Positions 8,121 through 17,668 of a DNA stretch of 41,080 nt are shown piece after piece. Made by a program: the position numbers and the translations under genes. The stretch's first letter is position 1, and each line of letters begins with the position of its first letter. The notes beneath the pieces are model-generated. The model made no database searches. It worked only from the letters and a program-made list of their open reading frames with translations, and was not told where the DNA came from. This DNA is from a virus (taxonomy: Duplodnaviria > Caudoviricetes), in IMG/VR virus record IMGVR_UViG_3300032219_002477, positions 1 through 41,080 of that record. One strand, written 5' to 3'.

Positions 8121-9281
8121 ATGATAAGAATACCAACATTAAGCGAGTTATACAACCAAATAGTAGCGGACTTTGAATCTGAATTAGGTGAATCTATTCC
8201 ATTGTTTGGAAAATCATTTTTAAGAGCAACGGCAGCGGTTCAAGCTGCTAAATTGTGGATAAACTACAAAATAAATGCATTCGTTCAGAAAAATTCGTGG
8301 GTTGACACAGCAGACCCAGAAAGTATGGGAGGTTCATTGGAACGTTTCGGAAGAGTTAAATTAAATAGAAATCCATATCCTGCAACAGCAGGTCAATATG
8401 TTGTAACTGTAACAGGAACAATTGGAGCTGTTATTCCACCACGAACGATTTTTAAATCAAATGATAACGCATTAAATGCAGGTAAATTATTCATTTTAGA
8501 CAATCAATATACATTGGTTGCAGTTAGTGATTCGATTACACTCAGAGCCTTAGAAATAGGCGTTGATTCACGTTTGAATGTTGGAAATCAATTAACGTCA
8601 ACAACTCCAATATCATTGGTAAATTCATTAGCTGTTGTAAGTTCAGAAACTGTTGAGCCGTTTTCTGCTGAGGACATAGAAGTTTACAGACGAAAAATAA
8701 TTGAATCGTTCCAATTAGAGCCACAAGGCGGTTCTAGTAGTGATTATCGTTTATGGGCAAATGAAGTGCAGGGAGTTGCTCAAAGTTATCCATTTGCTGT
8801 AAGTGGTCAAGTAGGACAGGTAAATTTATTCATTGAAGCTACAATCGAAGATTCAACAGACGGTCAAGGTTCGGCATCTAGTGGATTATTAGACGATGTA
8901 AAGGCTAACATTGAACTTCCAATTAGTGGCGTTCCTGCTCGTAAGCCTGTTGGAAATATCGTAAATTATTTATCCGTTACTCCATTGGAAGTAAATATAA
9001 ACGTTGCAGGATTTCAAGGATTAACGACTGATATTGAAAATTTAATTTTGGGTGCATTGACTGAGGAAATTGTAAAAATTCGACCATTTGTAAGTGCTAT
9101 TGATATTGTTTCAAAACGAAATGACACGCTGAACACCAATAAAATTATCACAACAATTTTAACGACTGTTCCAGGTTCTGTATTTGGCACAATCACACTT
9201 GAAGTTGATTCTGTTGCAACGGCATCTAAGACGTTTGCAGGTGGCGAAATTCCATTCTTAAATTCAGTAATTTATGTGTAA
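8121..9281 (+). CDS. Baseplate J / Mu gp47-like wedge protein
   Basis: IPTLSELY, DTAD, PQGGSSSDYRLWANEVQGV motifs. Confidence 0.92.
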   Translation: MIRIPTLSELYNQIVADFESELGESIPLFGKSFLRATAAVQAAKLWINYKINAFVQKNSWVDTADPESMGGSLERFGRVKLNRNPYPATAGQYVVTVTGTIGAVIPPRTIFKSNDNALNAGKLFILDNQYTLVAVSDSITLRALEIGVDSRLNVGNQLTSTTPISLVNSLAVVSSETVEPFSAEDIEVYRRKIIESFQLEPQGGSSSDYRLWANEVQGVAQSYPFAVSGQVGQVNLFIEATIEDSTDGQGSASSGLLDDVKANIELPISGVPARKPVGNIVNYLSVTPLEVNINVAGFQGLTTDIENLILGALTEEIVKIRPFVSAIDIVSKRNDTLNTNKIITTILTTVPGSVFGTITLEVDSVATASKTFAGGEIPFLNSVIYV

Positions 9282-10860
9282 TTGTTTGACATTGAATGTT
9301 GATTCTATAAATTCAGAATTAACCATTTCAGGAACTCTGAATGGAAAAAACACATATTCAGACGGCACATATACTGTTAGTTGGAATGGTAGTAGGTGGG
9401 AGGTTTATGAGGGGACAAATGAGTGTGAAGCTATAAGATGTACATTTGATTATGAAGGAGAGACTTATGTTTATGAAGGTTTTATTACAGGAATATCAAA
9501 TGGTAAAAATACTTATGGTTTTAATGAAGTAATTCCATCTCCAGGGGGTGACGTAGCACAAGGATTTGATGTAGGTTGGGACGGGGTTAGATGGGTATGT
9601 TCTCCACTTGTGAATAGTAGTGGTGGTGGAAATTATAATTATACTGATAATTTAATCCCTGCTTTTGATACTTGGATTTACGGTGCAGGTCCTTTAGTTT
9701 CTAATATAAATACAGAACTTATTTATAAAACCTGTGAATGTGTAAGATTTAATTTTGAATATAACTCTATAAACTATGACTTACATTTAAATAAATACGG
9801 AATTTTATTAGGTGAAAATTGGTATATATTATCAACAAATACATATTCTAGTGAAGTTTTTTTTACAGAATTAGGATGGGTTTTTAGATTTTCAATAGAT
9901 GGTTTTAGTACTCAATATATTTCAAATAATTTAATTTCAAATAATTGGGTTTTTCAAGATTCAGGTGAATTTGAAGTTTTAAATTTATCTAGTAATATTT
10001 GCAACCTAATCGGAACAAACACATCAAACACCGTTTGCCCTCTAGGAATTTTCATACCAATAACTGTAACGAATGTAAACATTACTGAATGTTTCAATGA
10101 AAACGACATACAGCCGTTAATTCAGTTGACAGAACAACTTTATCCAACAGGTAGAGGATTTAATATTCACATTGGTAGTTTCATTCGCAAAATGCACCTT
10201 GCGTTAAACAGGTCGGAATCTCGTTTGAATGATAACACCTTAGATATTTTAAACGGCATTTTACCTGACAATGATAGTTTCACAGTTGAAGATGCGACAC
10301 TTTGGGAACAACGATTAGGATTGATTACGAATGATGCAGTTTCTTTATCGAATCGTAAATTAGCTATCATTCGAAAGTTGAATTATCCGGGAACGATTGT
10401 TGCACGCCAAAGTGGTGGTTTTATAGAATCACAATTACGATTAGCAGGATTTGACGTTTACGTTCACGAAAATCCAGATTTGATTAGTATTGAAAATTTA
10501 TTGTATTCGATTAGTAATGTTTCAGTTTCGGGTTTATCGAATTCAGGTAGTTTTAATGCAGGAAATATTTTTACTCAGTTTTCGGCATTATTCGACTATT
10601 TGAACTCAGGTAGTTTCAATGCAGGTAGTTCGAATTCAGGACAAGTGTATTATAAAGGAAAGGTTGCAAATCACATTAATGAGAATTTAGATGCTACATT
10701 TTTTCATCAAAATAATTGGATAAAAACGTTTTTTGTTGGAGGTGAAAATTTAGGAGAATTTGCCACAGTTCCAATTGCAAGAAAAGACGAATTTCGACAA
10801 TTGATATTGAGATTGAAACCAACTGAAACGGTTGCATATTTATTGATAGATTTCACGTAG
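9274..10860 (+). CDS. Baseplate wedge protein (Mu gp48-like) with an N-terminal Cys-containing repeat extension of about 275 aa
   Basis: QLYPTGRGF...ILPDND...WEQRLGL...RKLAI domain from about aa 280; follows baseplate J. Confidence 0.8.
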   Translation: MCNCLTLNVDSINSELTISGTLNGKNTYSDGTYTVSWNGSRWEVYEGTNECEAIRCTFDYEGETYVYEGFITGISNGKNTYGFNEVIPSPGGDVAQGFDVGWDGVRWVCSPLVNSSGGGNYNYTDNLIPAFDTWIYGAGPLVSNINTELIYKTCECVRFNFEYNSINYDLHLNKYGILLGENWYILSTNTYSSEVFFTELGWVFRFSIDGFSTQYISNNLISNNWVFQDSGEFEVLNLSSNICNLIGTNTSNTVCPLGIFIPITVTNVNITECFNENDIQPLIQLTEQLYPTGRGFNIHIGSFIRKMHLALNRSESRLNDNTLDILNGILPDNDSFTVEDATLWEQRLGLITNDAVSLSNRKLAIIRKLNYPGTIVARQSGGFIESQLRLAGFDVYVHENPDLISIENLLYSISNVSVSGLSNSGSFNAGNIFTQFSALFDYLNSGSFNAGSSNSGQVYYKGKVANHINENLDATFFHQNNWIKTFFVGGENLGEFATVPIARKDEFRQLILRLKPTETVAYLLIDFT

Positions 10861-10954
10861 GATTTAGAATCACGTATTTTACACGGTAACGCATATTTTA
10901 CAGAGAAACAAATATTTTAAACAGAATTCATAACTTTACACAAAACAACACAAA

Positions 10955-11509
10955 ATGAAATTACTACAAAACAACACCAGAGCAGGTGCGCCAGATGCAG
11001 ATTATCCATTTGGGTATATCGTTGACGAAGACGGTTCTAATAATGGAACATTCATTGATTCAAATTTCTTGAATGACCTTTGGCAATTGAAAGAAAAAAT
11101 GTTTGACCAATCGGGAATTACTGCAAATGGTTTGCCAGATAATCAAACAAACGGATTTCAGTTGTTTGAAGCATTTATGAAAGTTTTGAAACCTTATAAA
11201 ATGGCTACAATTTCAGTTACACAAACAGGAACAAATGCACCTGTCATTACTGAAATCGGACCTAATGATATTGGAACAATCACAGGCGAATATACTACAA
11301 CAGGTAGTTATAAACTTGTGTCAACAGGTAATTTTGACACAGGCAAAACATTTGTTGTTAATGGTCAATCAACTGAAACTGATTCAATCGTTAAAGCAAC
11401 TCCTGCAACTGTCAATTACATAAGTTTAGCATCTTACGTAGCGACAACAGGTTCGTCTGCTAATGGCAAAATAACTTCGATGCACATTCAAATTATGGTT
11501 TTCGATTAA
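10955..11509 (+). CDS. Short tail fibre or baseplate-attached protein
   Basis: DYPFG...NNGT...NDLWQ...GITANGLPDN resembles Mu-type fibre N-termini; follows gp48-like gene. Confidence 0.65.
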   Translation: MKLLQNNTRAGAPDADYPFGYIVDEDGSNNGTFIDSNFLNDLWQLKEKMFDQSGITANGLPDNQTNGFQLFEAFMKVLKPYKMATISVTQTGTNAPVITEIGPNDIGTITGEYTTTGSYKLVSTGNFDTGKTFVVNGQSTETDSIVKATPATVNYISLASYVATTGSSANGKITSMHIQIMVFD

Positions 11510-11518
11510 TATTGAAAT

Positions 11519-12322
11519 TTGAACCATACCTTTAAAATAGAATCAAAATCTGTTGATGAATTAGCAGGAAAATTACAGCAAATTTCACGCAGTAGTTTTC
11601 CTGTTGCTATTCGACAAACTTTAAATTCTGCTGCATTCGATGTTAAAAAAACAACGATGCCAAAGGAAAGTGAAAAGGCGTTTGAGAATCGAAGTAAGAA
11701 TTTTTTCAAAGCAAATTCAAAGGTTATTCAAGCAAATGGATTCAATGTAAATACGATGCAGTCAGAGGTTGGTTTTTATGAAAATAACTTGAAAAATCAA
11801 CCTACAAATTACACTGTTAAGGATTTGGAACAACAGGAGAATGGAGGGAAAATTGATGGACGTTCGTTCGTTGCATTGAAACAAATTCGTAATTCAAGTG
11901 GATTGGTTAAAGCAAATCAAAGAATGGAATCCATTCGAGAGAAACCAATTACTAGAATGTCACAAACAGGACGTGTAACAAATAAAAGCGGTTCAAAACA
12001 AATTACATTGAGTAAATCACAATCATTCGTTAAAGCGGCTATGAGAGCAATTAAAGAAACGGACGGTTTGATTATGTCTAAGAAAAATTCAGACGGTGAA
12101 CAAATTGTAAGTCGTGTAATTTCAGTTTCTCAGTCACTTGGAAAGAATCGTAAATTGAAGATTAAAACACTTCGAATGTACACCGTTAAGAAAAATAGAA
12201 AGGTAACTCCAAAGGCTACACATTTCATGCAACATTCTGCTGAAAAATCTGCTGTACTAATGGAGTTTCATTTCCAAAAACACGCATTAAATATTTTACG
12301 AAAAAATGGCTTGGTCAACTAA
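11519..12322 (+). CDS. Basic tail/neck completion protein (lambda Z / Mu G-like)
   Basis: Very basic; AIRQTLNSAAFDVKK; TTG start is uncertain. Confidence 0.55.
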   Translation: MNHTFKIESKSVDELAGKLQQISRSSFPVAIRQTLNSAAFDVKKTTMPKESEKAFENRSKNFFKANSKVIQANGFNVNTMQSEVGFYENNLKNQPTNYTVKDLEQQENGGKIDGRSFVALKQIRNSSGLVKANQRMESIREKPITRMSQTGRVTNKSGSKQITLSKSQSFVKAAMRAIKETDGLIMSKKNSDGEQIVSRVISVSQSLGKNRKLKIKTLRMYTVKKNRKVTPKATHFMQHSAEKSAVLMEFHFQKHALNILRKNGLVN

Positions 12323-13523
12323 CATAGAAAACGAAATTCAAATCATTACAGGTGATAACCTCACTTATAATCCGTTGTACACCATAACTGATAATTCAGA
12401 GGATTTTAACGTTACAGAATTTAATTTCCCAAACATTGCAGGAACGTTAGTTGATAGACGTGAAGTAATGGGAAGAAAATTCACACTTGAATTAGCATTT
12501 CAAGGTGATGACCATTTAGACGTTGCAGAACGTTTCAGAAAATCTTCGCATAATAAAAACCCTTGGAAAGTTTCACATCCAATATACGGTGATATTTATG
12601 CACAGCCGACATCTATTAAATATGATTCGTCTGGATTAAGCATTACAAAAATTTCCTGCACGTTGATTGAAACAATATTGAATGAAGCACCAAGAACGAC
12701 AGTTGATCCTGTTTTGAAAGCTAAATTCGATATAGATAACGCAAATGAATTAGCATCTGAAACATTTGGAAATGATTCTTTAGCAGGTGCAGAATCGAAT
12801 AATTTATTGAATGATTTACAAGCATTAAACAAAGTAAGTTCGTCATCTGTTGCAAGTGGTGAACAATCAAATGATTTATTCAATAAATACAATGATACCA
12901 TTTCAAAGGTTACGGATGCGAATGTAAATCCAAGTGAGGTAATATTTGCCGTTCGTGACTTACTTACATTTCCTGCATATTTCAATCAAACGGTTCAAAA
13001 CAGAATTGAAGTTTTCAAGGCTCAAATTGATACGTTGCTAGACATTGAAGATTTCAGTTTATTTACTGATATGGACAAAAAACTATTTCAGAATAGTTTA
13101 ACTACACTAATGAATGGAATTTGTTTAAGTGCCATTACTCCAATAGGTAATGAGTACCAAAATGCGAATGATGTTGTTTTTGTGATTGGAACGATTTCTT
13201 TTTATTGGGATTCAATCGTTACTGTTTTAGATGGTTTTCAATCAACTACTTCCATTGGATGGAATGCAGATTACAACATTGTTTATCCAACTCAGTCATT
13301 TGTAAGTTTTGTTGTATCTTCATTGATGGGAGTTGCAATGTCTGCTAAACAAGAACGTATTTTATTAACTGAAAAGGACACCAACGTTATTGTATTGACA
13401 CATAGAATTTACGGCATTGATGACGCACAAAACAACATTGATAATTTGATTAGCCAGAATAACATTGGAGTCAATGAAATGATTCAAATTAAAAAAGGAC
13501 GTGAAATAAAATACTATATATGA
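12306..13523 (+). CDS. Mu gpN-like (DNA circularisation) baseplate protein
   Basis: EFNFPN...MGRKFTL...FQGDDH...HPIYG N-terminal domain; C-terminal LysM-like tail. Confidence 0.85.
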   Translation: MAWSTNIENEIQIITGDNLTYNPLYTITDNSEDFNVTEFNFPNIAGTLVDRREVMGRKFTLELAFQGDDHLDVAERFRKSSHNKNPWKVSHPIYGDIYAQPTSIKYDSSGLSITKISCTLIETILNEAPRTTVDPVLKAKFDIDNANELASETFGNDSLAGAESNNLLNDLQALNKVSSSSVASGEQSNDLFNKYNDTISKVTDANVNPSEVIFAVRDLLTFPAYFNQTVQNRIEVFKAQIDTLLDIEDFSLFTDMDKKLFQNSLTTLMNGICLSAITPIGNEYQNANDVVFVIGTISFYWDSIVTVLDGFQSTTSIGWNADYNIVYPTQSFVSFVVSSLMGVAMSAKQERILLTEKDTNVIVLTHRIYGIDDAQNNIDNLISQNNIGVNEMIQIKKGREIKYYI

Positions 13524-14617
13524 TTCTTAAAATTAACGATAGATTTATAAATCGAAAAGTTGATTTCTTCAATGAATTTTCGGTTACATTGGTTCACGAT
13601 AGCGTGGCTAGTGTTTTCGGTTGTTCGTTTTATTTTGACCCAAATAATAAAGAACACAAAGAATTTGCGTGTGTTTCTCATTACCACGAAGTACAAGTTG
13701 AACACAAAGGAGAATTATTGATTACAGGCGTTATGACTTCTCAAAATTTCAAACGTTCTGCAGTAAAATCAATGGCTTCATTTGGTGGTTATTCAAAACC
13801 AGGAGTTTTGGAAGATTGTGAAATTCCGACTAGTTTATATCCATTACAAACGGATGGAATGTCACTCAAACAAATTACTGAAAGATTGATAAATCCATTC
13901 AAATTAAAACTGATTGTGGATAGTTCCGTAAGTGATCGAGTAAATAAGACATTCAAAACCTCAAACGCATCTGAAACGCAAACAATTAAAGGCTACCTTA
14001 CTGAATTAGCGACACAAAAAAACATTATCATTACGCACGATGAATTTGGGAATCTATTATTTACAGAATCAAAAACTACTCAAAAACCGATAATTGAATT
14101 TATTGACGGCGTAGGAAATATGAATGGAACGTTTTTTCCTGCAACAGATATTGAATTAAATTTCGATGGTCAAGGAATGCACTCACATATTACATTACAA
14201 AAACAAGCGTCCGAGGATGGCGGAAATGCAGGCGAATATACTATTAGAAATCCGTATGTAATTGGTAGTTATTTTAGACCTTCAGTAAAATCTCAAAGTT
14301 CAGGTGATGACAATGATACAAGTTTGGCAGCACGTCAAGAATTAAGTAAGGAACTCAAAGGATTGAAACTTACAATAAAATTAGACCGTTGGGACATTAA
14401 CGGCAAAATCATTCGACCAAATAATATTATTTCGATTTACGATCCTGAAATTTACATTTGGAAGAAAACAGAATTCTTTATTGAATCGGTGGATTTTCAA
14501 GGAAATGAGAAATCGCAAACGTGTACATTGCATTGTGTTTTACCTGAAGTTTACCAAAATGGAAAAGTAAATAGTATTTTTGCAGGAATTAATCTTCATC
14601 CTGGGAGCGGTTTATAA
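13520..14617 (+). CDS. Baseplate hub protein (Mu gpP/gp44-like)
   Basis: GYSKPGVLEDC, HDEFGNLLF, IIRPN motifs; position. Confidence 0.85.
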   Translation: MILKINDRFINRKVDFFNEFSVTLVHDSVASVFGCSFYFDPNNKEHKEFACVSHYHEVQVEHKGELLITGVMTSQNFKRSAVKSMASFGGYSKPGVLEDCEIPTSLYPLQTDGMSLKQITERLINPFKLKLIVDSSVSDRVNKTFKTSNASETQTIKGYLTELATQKNIIITHDEFGNLLFTESKTTQKPIIEFIDGVGNMNGTFFPATDIELNFDGQGMHSHITLQKQASEDGGNAGEYTIRNPYVIGSYFRPSVKSQSSGDDNDTSLAARQELSKELKGLKLTIKLDRWDINGKIIRPNNIISIYDPEIYIWKKTEFFIESVDFQGNEKSQTCTLHCVLPEVYQNGKVNSIFAGINLHPGSGL

Positions 14618-14628
14618 AATAACAACCA

Positions 14629-15165
14629 ATGAATCTAACAAAAGTCATATCAACATCATTCGACACCATTAACAGATTGAAAGTTAAGTTCCTTCGATTT
14701 GGTAAAAGTGATGTTCAAGAATGTATTGAATCTTCACCTTATGGAATAGATTCAAATCCTATTCAAGATATGATTGCTATTTACGCACCAACAGAACAAA
14801 GTGGTAGTAATTACATCATTGGTTATCTGAATAAAAATAGAGTTGCAGAAATTGGAGAAAATCGTTTATTTTCAACAGATGAAAATGGAAATTTACAAGC
14901 GTGGATTTGGTTAAAAAATGATGGTAAAATTCAAGTATTAGGAGACTCAGATAATTTTGTTCGTTACTCAAAGTTAGAACAAGCATTTAATGAATTGAAA
15001 GCAAGTCACAATGAATTAGCTGAAAAATGGAATACGTTTGCAACAGCGTATGTTCCGGGTAGTCCTGCAACAGTTGGTTTACCTCCGACACTTGCAACGT
15101 CAATTGTTCAACCAAACACCTCAGATATTTCAGGAGCCAAAATAGATGAAGTTCAAACATTGTGA
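14629..15165 (+). CDS. Baseplate spike (Mu gp45-like)
   Basis: PYGIDSNP and GENRLFS motifs; follows the hub. Confidence 0.8.
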   Translation: MNLTKVISTSFDTINRLKVKFLRFGKSDVQECIESSPYGIDSNPIQDMIAIYAPTEQSGSNYIIGYLNKNRVAEIGENRLFSTDENGNLQAWIWLKNDGKIQVLGDSDNFVRYSKLEQAFNELKASHNELAEKWNTFATAYVPGSPATVGLPPTLATSIVQPNTSDISGAKIDEVQTL

Positions 15166-15196
15166 TTTATTTTATAAATTTGATAAAAAATAATAA

Positions 15197-15508
15197 ATGT
15201 CAGTAGTATTCGTAAAGCGTGTTGATTTGTGTTTTGATTCCACAACAACATTACAAGCAAGAATTGAAAAAATAGACACATTGATTGATTCATTGTTAGA
15301 TGTTGCGTTGGCGTGTATAACTCAAGGTAATATTGCAGAATATGAAATTGACACAGGTCAAACACGCAACAGAGTTAAGTATAATTCTCAGGCTCAAATA
15401 ATGGCTTCAATTGACGCATACGATAAGATTAGACAAAAATACATCAACAAATTGACACCTCGAAAAGTGCGTTTAGTTGATTCACAAAATTTTAGACGAA
15501 GACAATGA
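15197..15508 (+). CDS. Head-closure protein, gpW-like
   Basis: EYEIDTGQTRNRVKY hairpin; overlaps the portal start; TAAATTTG box at 15175-15182. Confidence 0.75.
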   Translation: MSVVFVKRVDLCFDSTTTLQARIEKIDTLIDSLLDVALACITQGNIAEYEIDTGQTRNRVKYNSQAQIMASIDAYDKIRQKYINKLTPRKVRLVDSQNFRRRQ

Positions 15509-17103
15509 GTAGAATATTAGATTTTTTTGGTTTTGGAAAAACTGTTAGTTCAGTTTCTGTAAATCCTCCTGCAATAAAAACACCACCACCATCTGCTGAA
15601 TATGTAGGACGCATTTACTCAGTTCGTTTTGATGGTGAAAAAAACTTAGGTGAAGGTGGTCCAATACTTGACTATGGAATTGACCATTATAGATTAGCTG
15701 CTAGAAGTTGGCAAGCGTATTTAGATGACACCGTTGCACAAACGATAATTAATCGATTTACCATTTGGGTAATGGATAAAGGATTAAAACTACAATCTAA
15801 TCCATTGAAAGTAGCATTAGAATCTGAGGGAATAACAATTGATTCTGAAAAATTCAATGAAATTACTGAGGCGCGTTTTACTGTTTGGGCAAAATCAATG
15901 CATTCAACATTGAGCAAAAATAGATCAATGAATAAACTTGCAATTCAAGCATTTAAACACGCTAAAATTGGTGGTGACTGTTTGGTTGTACTTCGATATG
16001 ATAAAGGCGTTAAAGTTCAAATTATTGATACTGCTCACTTGAATAGTCCGATTGGTTATCAAGTTGAAGCAGGTAGAAGGGTTATTGATGGTGTAGAAAT
16101 TGATGTTCTTACAGGTGAACACGTTGCATACCACGTAAGAAAAAAAGACCGTATATCCACACAACGTATTCCTGCATATTCTAGTACAGGATTTAAAACT
16201 GCATTTTTGGTTTATGGTTCTGAATATAGAATGGATAATCAAAGAGGTGTACCTGTAATTGCTACTTCACTTGAAAGAATAAAAAAATTAGACAGATATT
16301 CAGAGGCAACACTTGGAAGTGCTGAGGAACGTCAAAAAATTGCTTATTCTATTGAACACCAAATCGGAGGAACAGGAGAGAGTCCATTAACTCAAAGTTT
16401 GGCAAAGGCGTATGATTTGGAGTCGAACGATGGCAGTGAATTACCTGTTGATTACATTGGAAGACAATTAGCGAATGACGTTTCTGCATCGACAAATAAA
16501 CAGGCGTTTAATATGCCTATTGGTGCATCAATGAAGTCATTAGAATCTAAGAATGAATTGTATTTTAAAGATTTCTGGGAATCAAATTCAAATATTATTT
16601 GTGCAGCAGTTGGAATTCCACCAAATGTAGCTTTCAGTTTGTACAATGATTCATTTTCGGCATCCAGAGCAGCAACAAAAGATTGGGAACATACAATTGA
16701 AGTTGAAAGAGATTCATTCATTGAACAATTCTATGCACCAATTTATCAGTTTTGGTTATTCTTTGAAGTGTTGAATGGTAAAATAAATGCACCTGGTTAT
16801 TTGAATGCTTGGAAAGAGGAAAATTGGTTTTCATTGGAGGCATATTCAAATGCTAGATTTACAGGACCATTATTCCCACACATTGATCCATTGAAAGAAG
16901 TTAAAGCAGAACGTGAGAAACTTGGAACTTTGGCTGCACATATTCCATTAACAACAGTTGAGGCGGCAACAGAATTTTTAATGTCAGGCGACAGCGATTC
17001 AAACGCATATCAATTTGCTGAGGAATTGAAACAGGCTAAGGACTTAGGATTGGAAGCTGTTGAAAAAACACCTGTTGTAAACGTGAATGACGTTAATCAG
17101 TAA
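15505..17103 (+). CDS. Portal protein, lambda family
   Basis: GDCLV, DGVEID, QRGVP, FSASRAA, HIDPLKEVKA motifs. Confidence 0.93.
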   Translation: MSRILDFFGFGKTVSSVSVNPPAIKTPPPSAEYVGRIYSVRFDGEKNLGEGGPILDYGIDHYRLAARSWQAYLDDTVAQTIINRFTIWVMDKGLKLQSNPLKVALESEGITIDSEKFNEITEARFTVWAKSMHSTLSKNRSMNKLAIQAFKHAKIGGDCLVVLRYDKGVKVQIIDTAHLNSPIGYQVEAGRRVIDGVEIDVLTGEHVAYHVRKKDRISTQRIPAYSSTGFKTAFLVYGSEYRMDNQRGVPVIATSLERIKKLDRYSEATLGSAEERQKIAYSIEHQIGGTGESPLTQSLAKAYDLESNDGSELPVDYIGRQLANDVSASTNKQAFNMPIGASMKSLESKNELYFKDFWESNSNIICAAVGIPPNVAFSLYNDSFSASRAATKDWEHTIEVERDSFIEQFYAPIYQFWLFFEVLNGKINAPGYLNAWKEENWFSLEAYSNARFTGPLFPHIDPLKEVKAEREKLGTLAAHIPLTTVEAATEFLMSGDSDSNAYQFAEELKQAKDLGLEAVEKTPVVNVNDVNQ

Positions 17104-17415
17104 TTATTCAGCGATGTAAATTTGAGTAGGTCGTTCATATTCTGAATGACCGCTCGCATCTGCTGAATAATCTAAAACCTTACAAATATTTGGTTTATTA
17201 TTGGATTTACAAGCGTAATGAATTTGGCAACCTGCAACAATAACATGATTTTCCTCGCTTCCAATTTTAGCATACCAATTAGTAGATTTTGAATTGGTTT
17301 TTATTCCTAAGAATGAATCTTCAATTATTTCAACTTCACCCCATATAGAACGATATAATTTACCATCTGGAGCAATAAACCAATTATCTGTTGTTATTAA
17401 ATATTTCCCTTTCAT
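17104..17415 (-). CDS. Hypothetical protein in an antisense cassette
   Basis: 103-aa ORF filling the gap; starts just after the RHH gene stop. Confidence 0.75.
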   Translation of the reverse strand: MKGKYLITTDNWFIAPDGKLYRSIWGEVEIIEDSFLGIKTNSKSTNWYAKIGSEENHVIVAGCQIHYACKSNNKPNICKVLDYSADASGHSEYERPTQIYIAE

Positions 17416-17417
17416 AA

Positions 17418-17591
17418 TTAATCCTCCTTATAATTCCTTACATTCTCAGGTTTAGTATTTACATATTCTCTCAGTACAGGTTTTAGCGACTGAGAGAGTG
17501 TCAATCCTTGATATTTAGCAATATTCTCAAGTTGTTCCTTTAAGTCGTCTGGAACGTTTGTAATTCTAATTTCGTTGTATTTCTTTGCCAT
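17418..17591 (-). CDS. Ribbon-helix-helix (Arc/CopG-like) regulator, 57 aa (not in ORF track)
   Basis: MAKKYNEIRITNVPDDLKEQLENIAKYQGLTLSQSLKPVLREYV...: strand-helix-G-x-T-helix RHH pattern. Confidence 0.85.
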   Translation of the reverse strand: MAKKYNEIRITNVPDDLKEQLENIAKYQGLTLSQSLKPVLREYVNTKPENVRNYKED

Positions 17592-17595
17592 GAAT

Positions 17596-17662
17596 CAAAA
17601 TTAAATATTTTCCACGAATTAAGGAATAAAAAAAATGATTTTATTTTGACAGTCTATTTTTG
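17596..17662. promoter_or_regulatory. Divergent promoters (RHH gene and head protease) with TTCC-N9-GGAA operator
   Basis: TAATTTTG (-, 17596-17603), TATTTTTG (+, 17655-17662), TTCC 17610-17613 and GGAA 17623-17626. Confidence 0.65.
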
Positions 17663-17668
17663 TGTAAT

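Noticed and set aside
3159-15165. Tailocin or contractile injection system rather than a phage
   Set aside because: Portal, capsid, replication and recombination genes are all present
17660-17668. TTG start for the protease
   Set aside because: It overlaps the -7 promoter box; ATG at 17669 fits better
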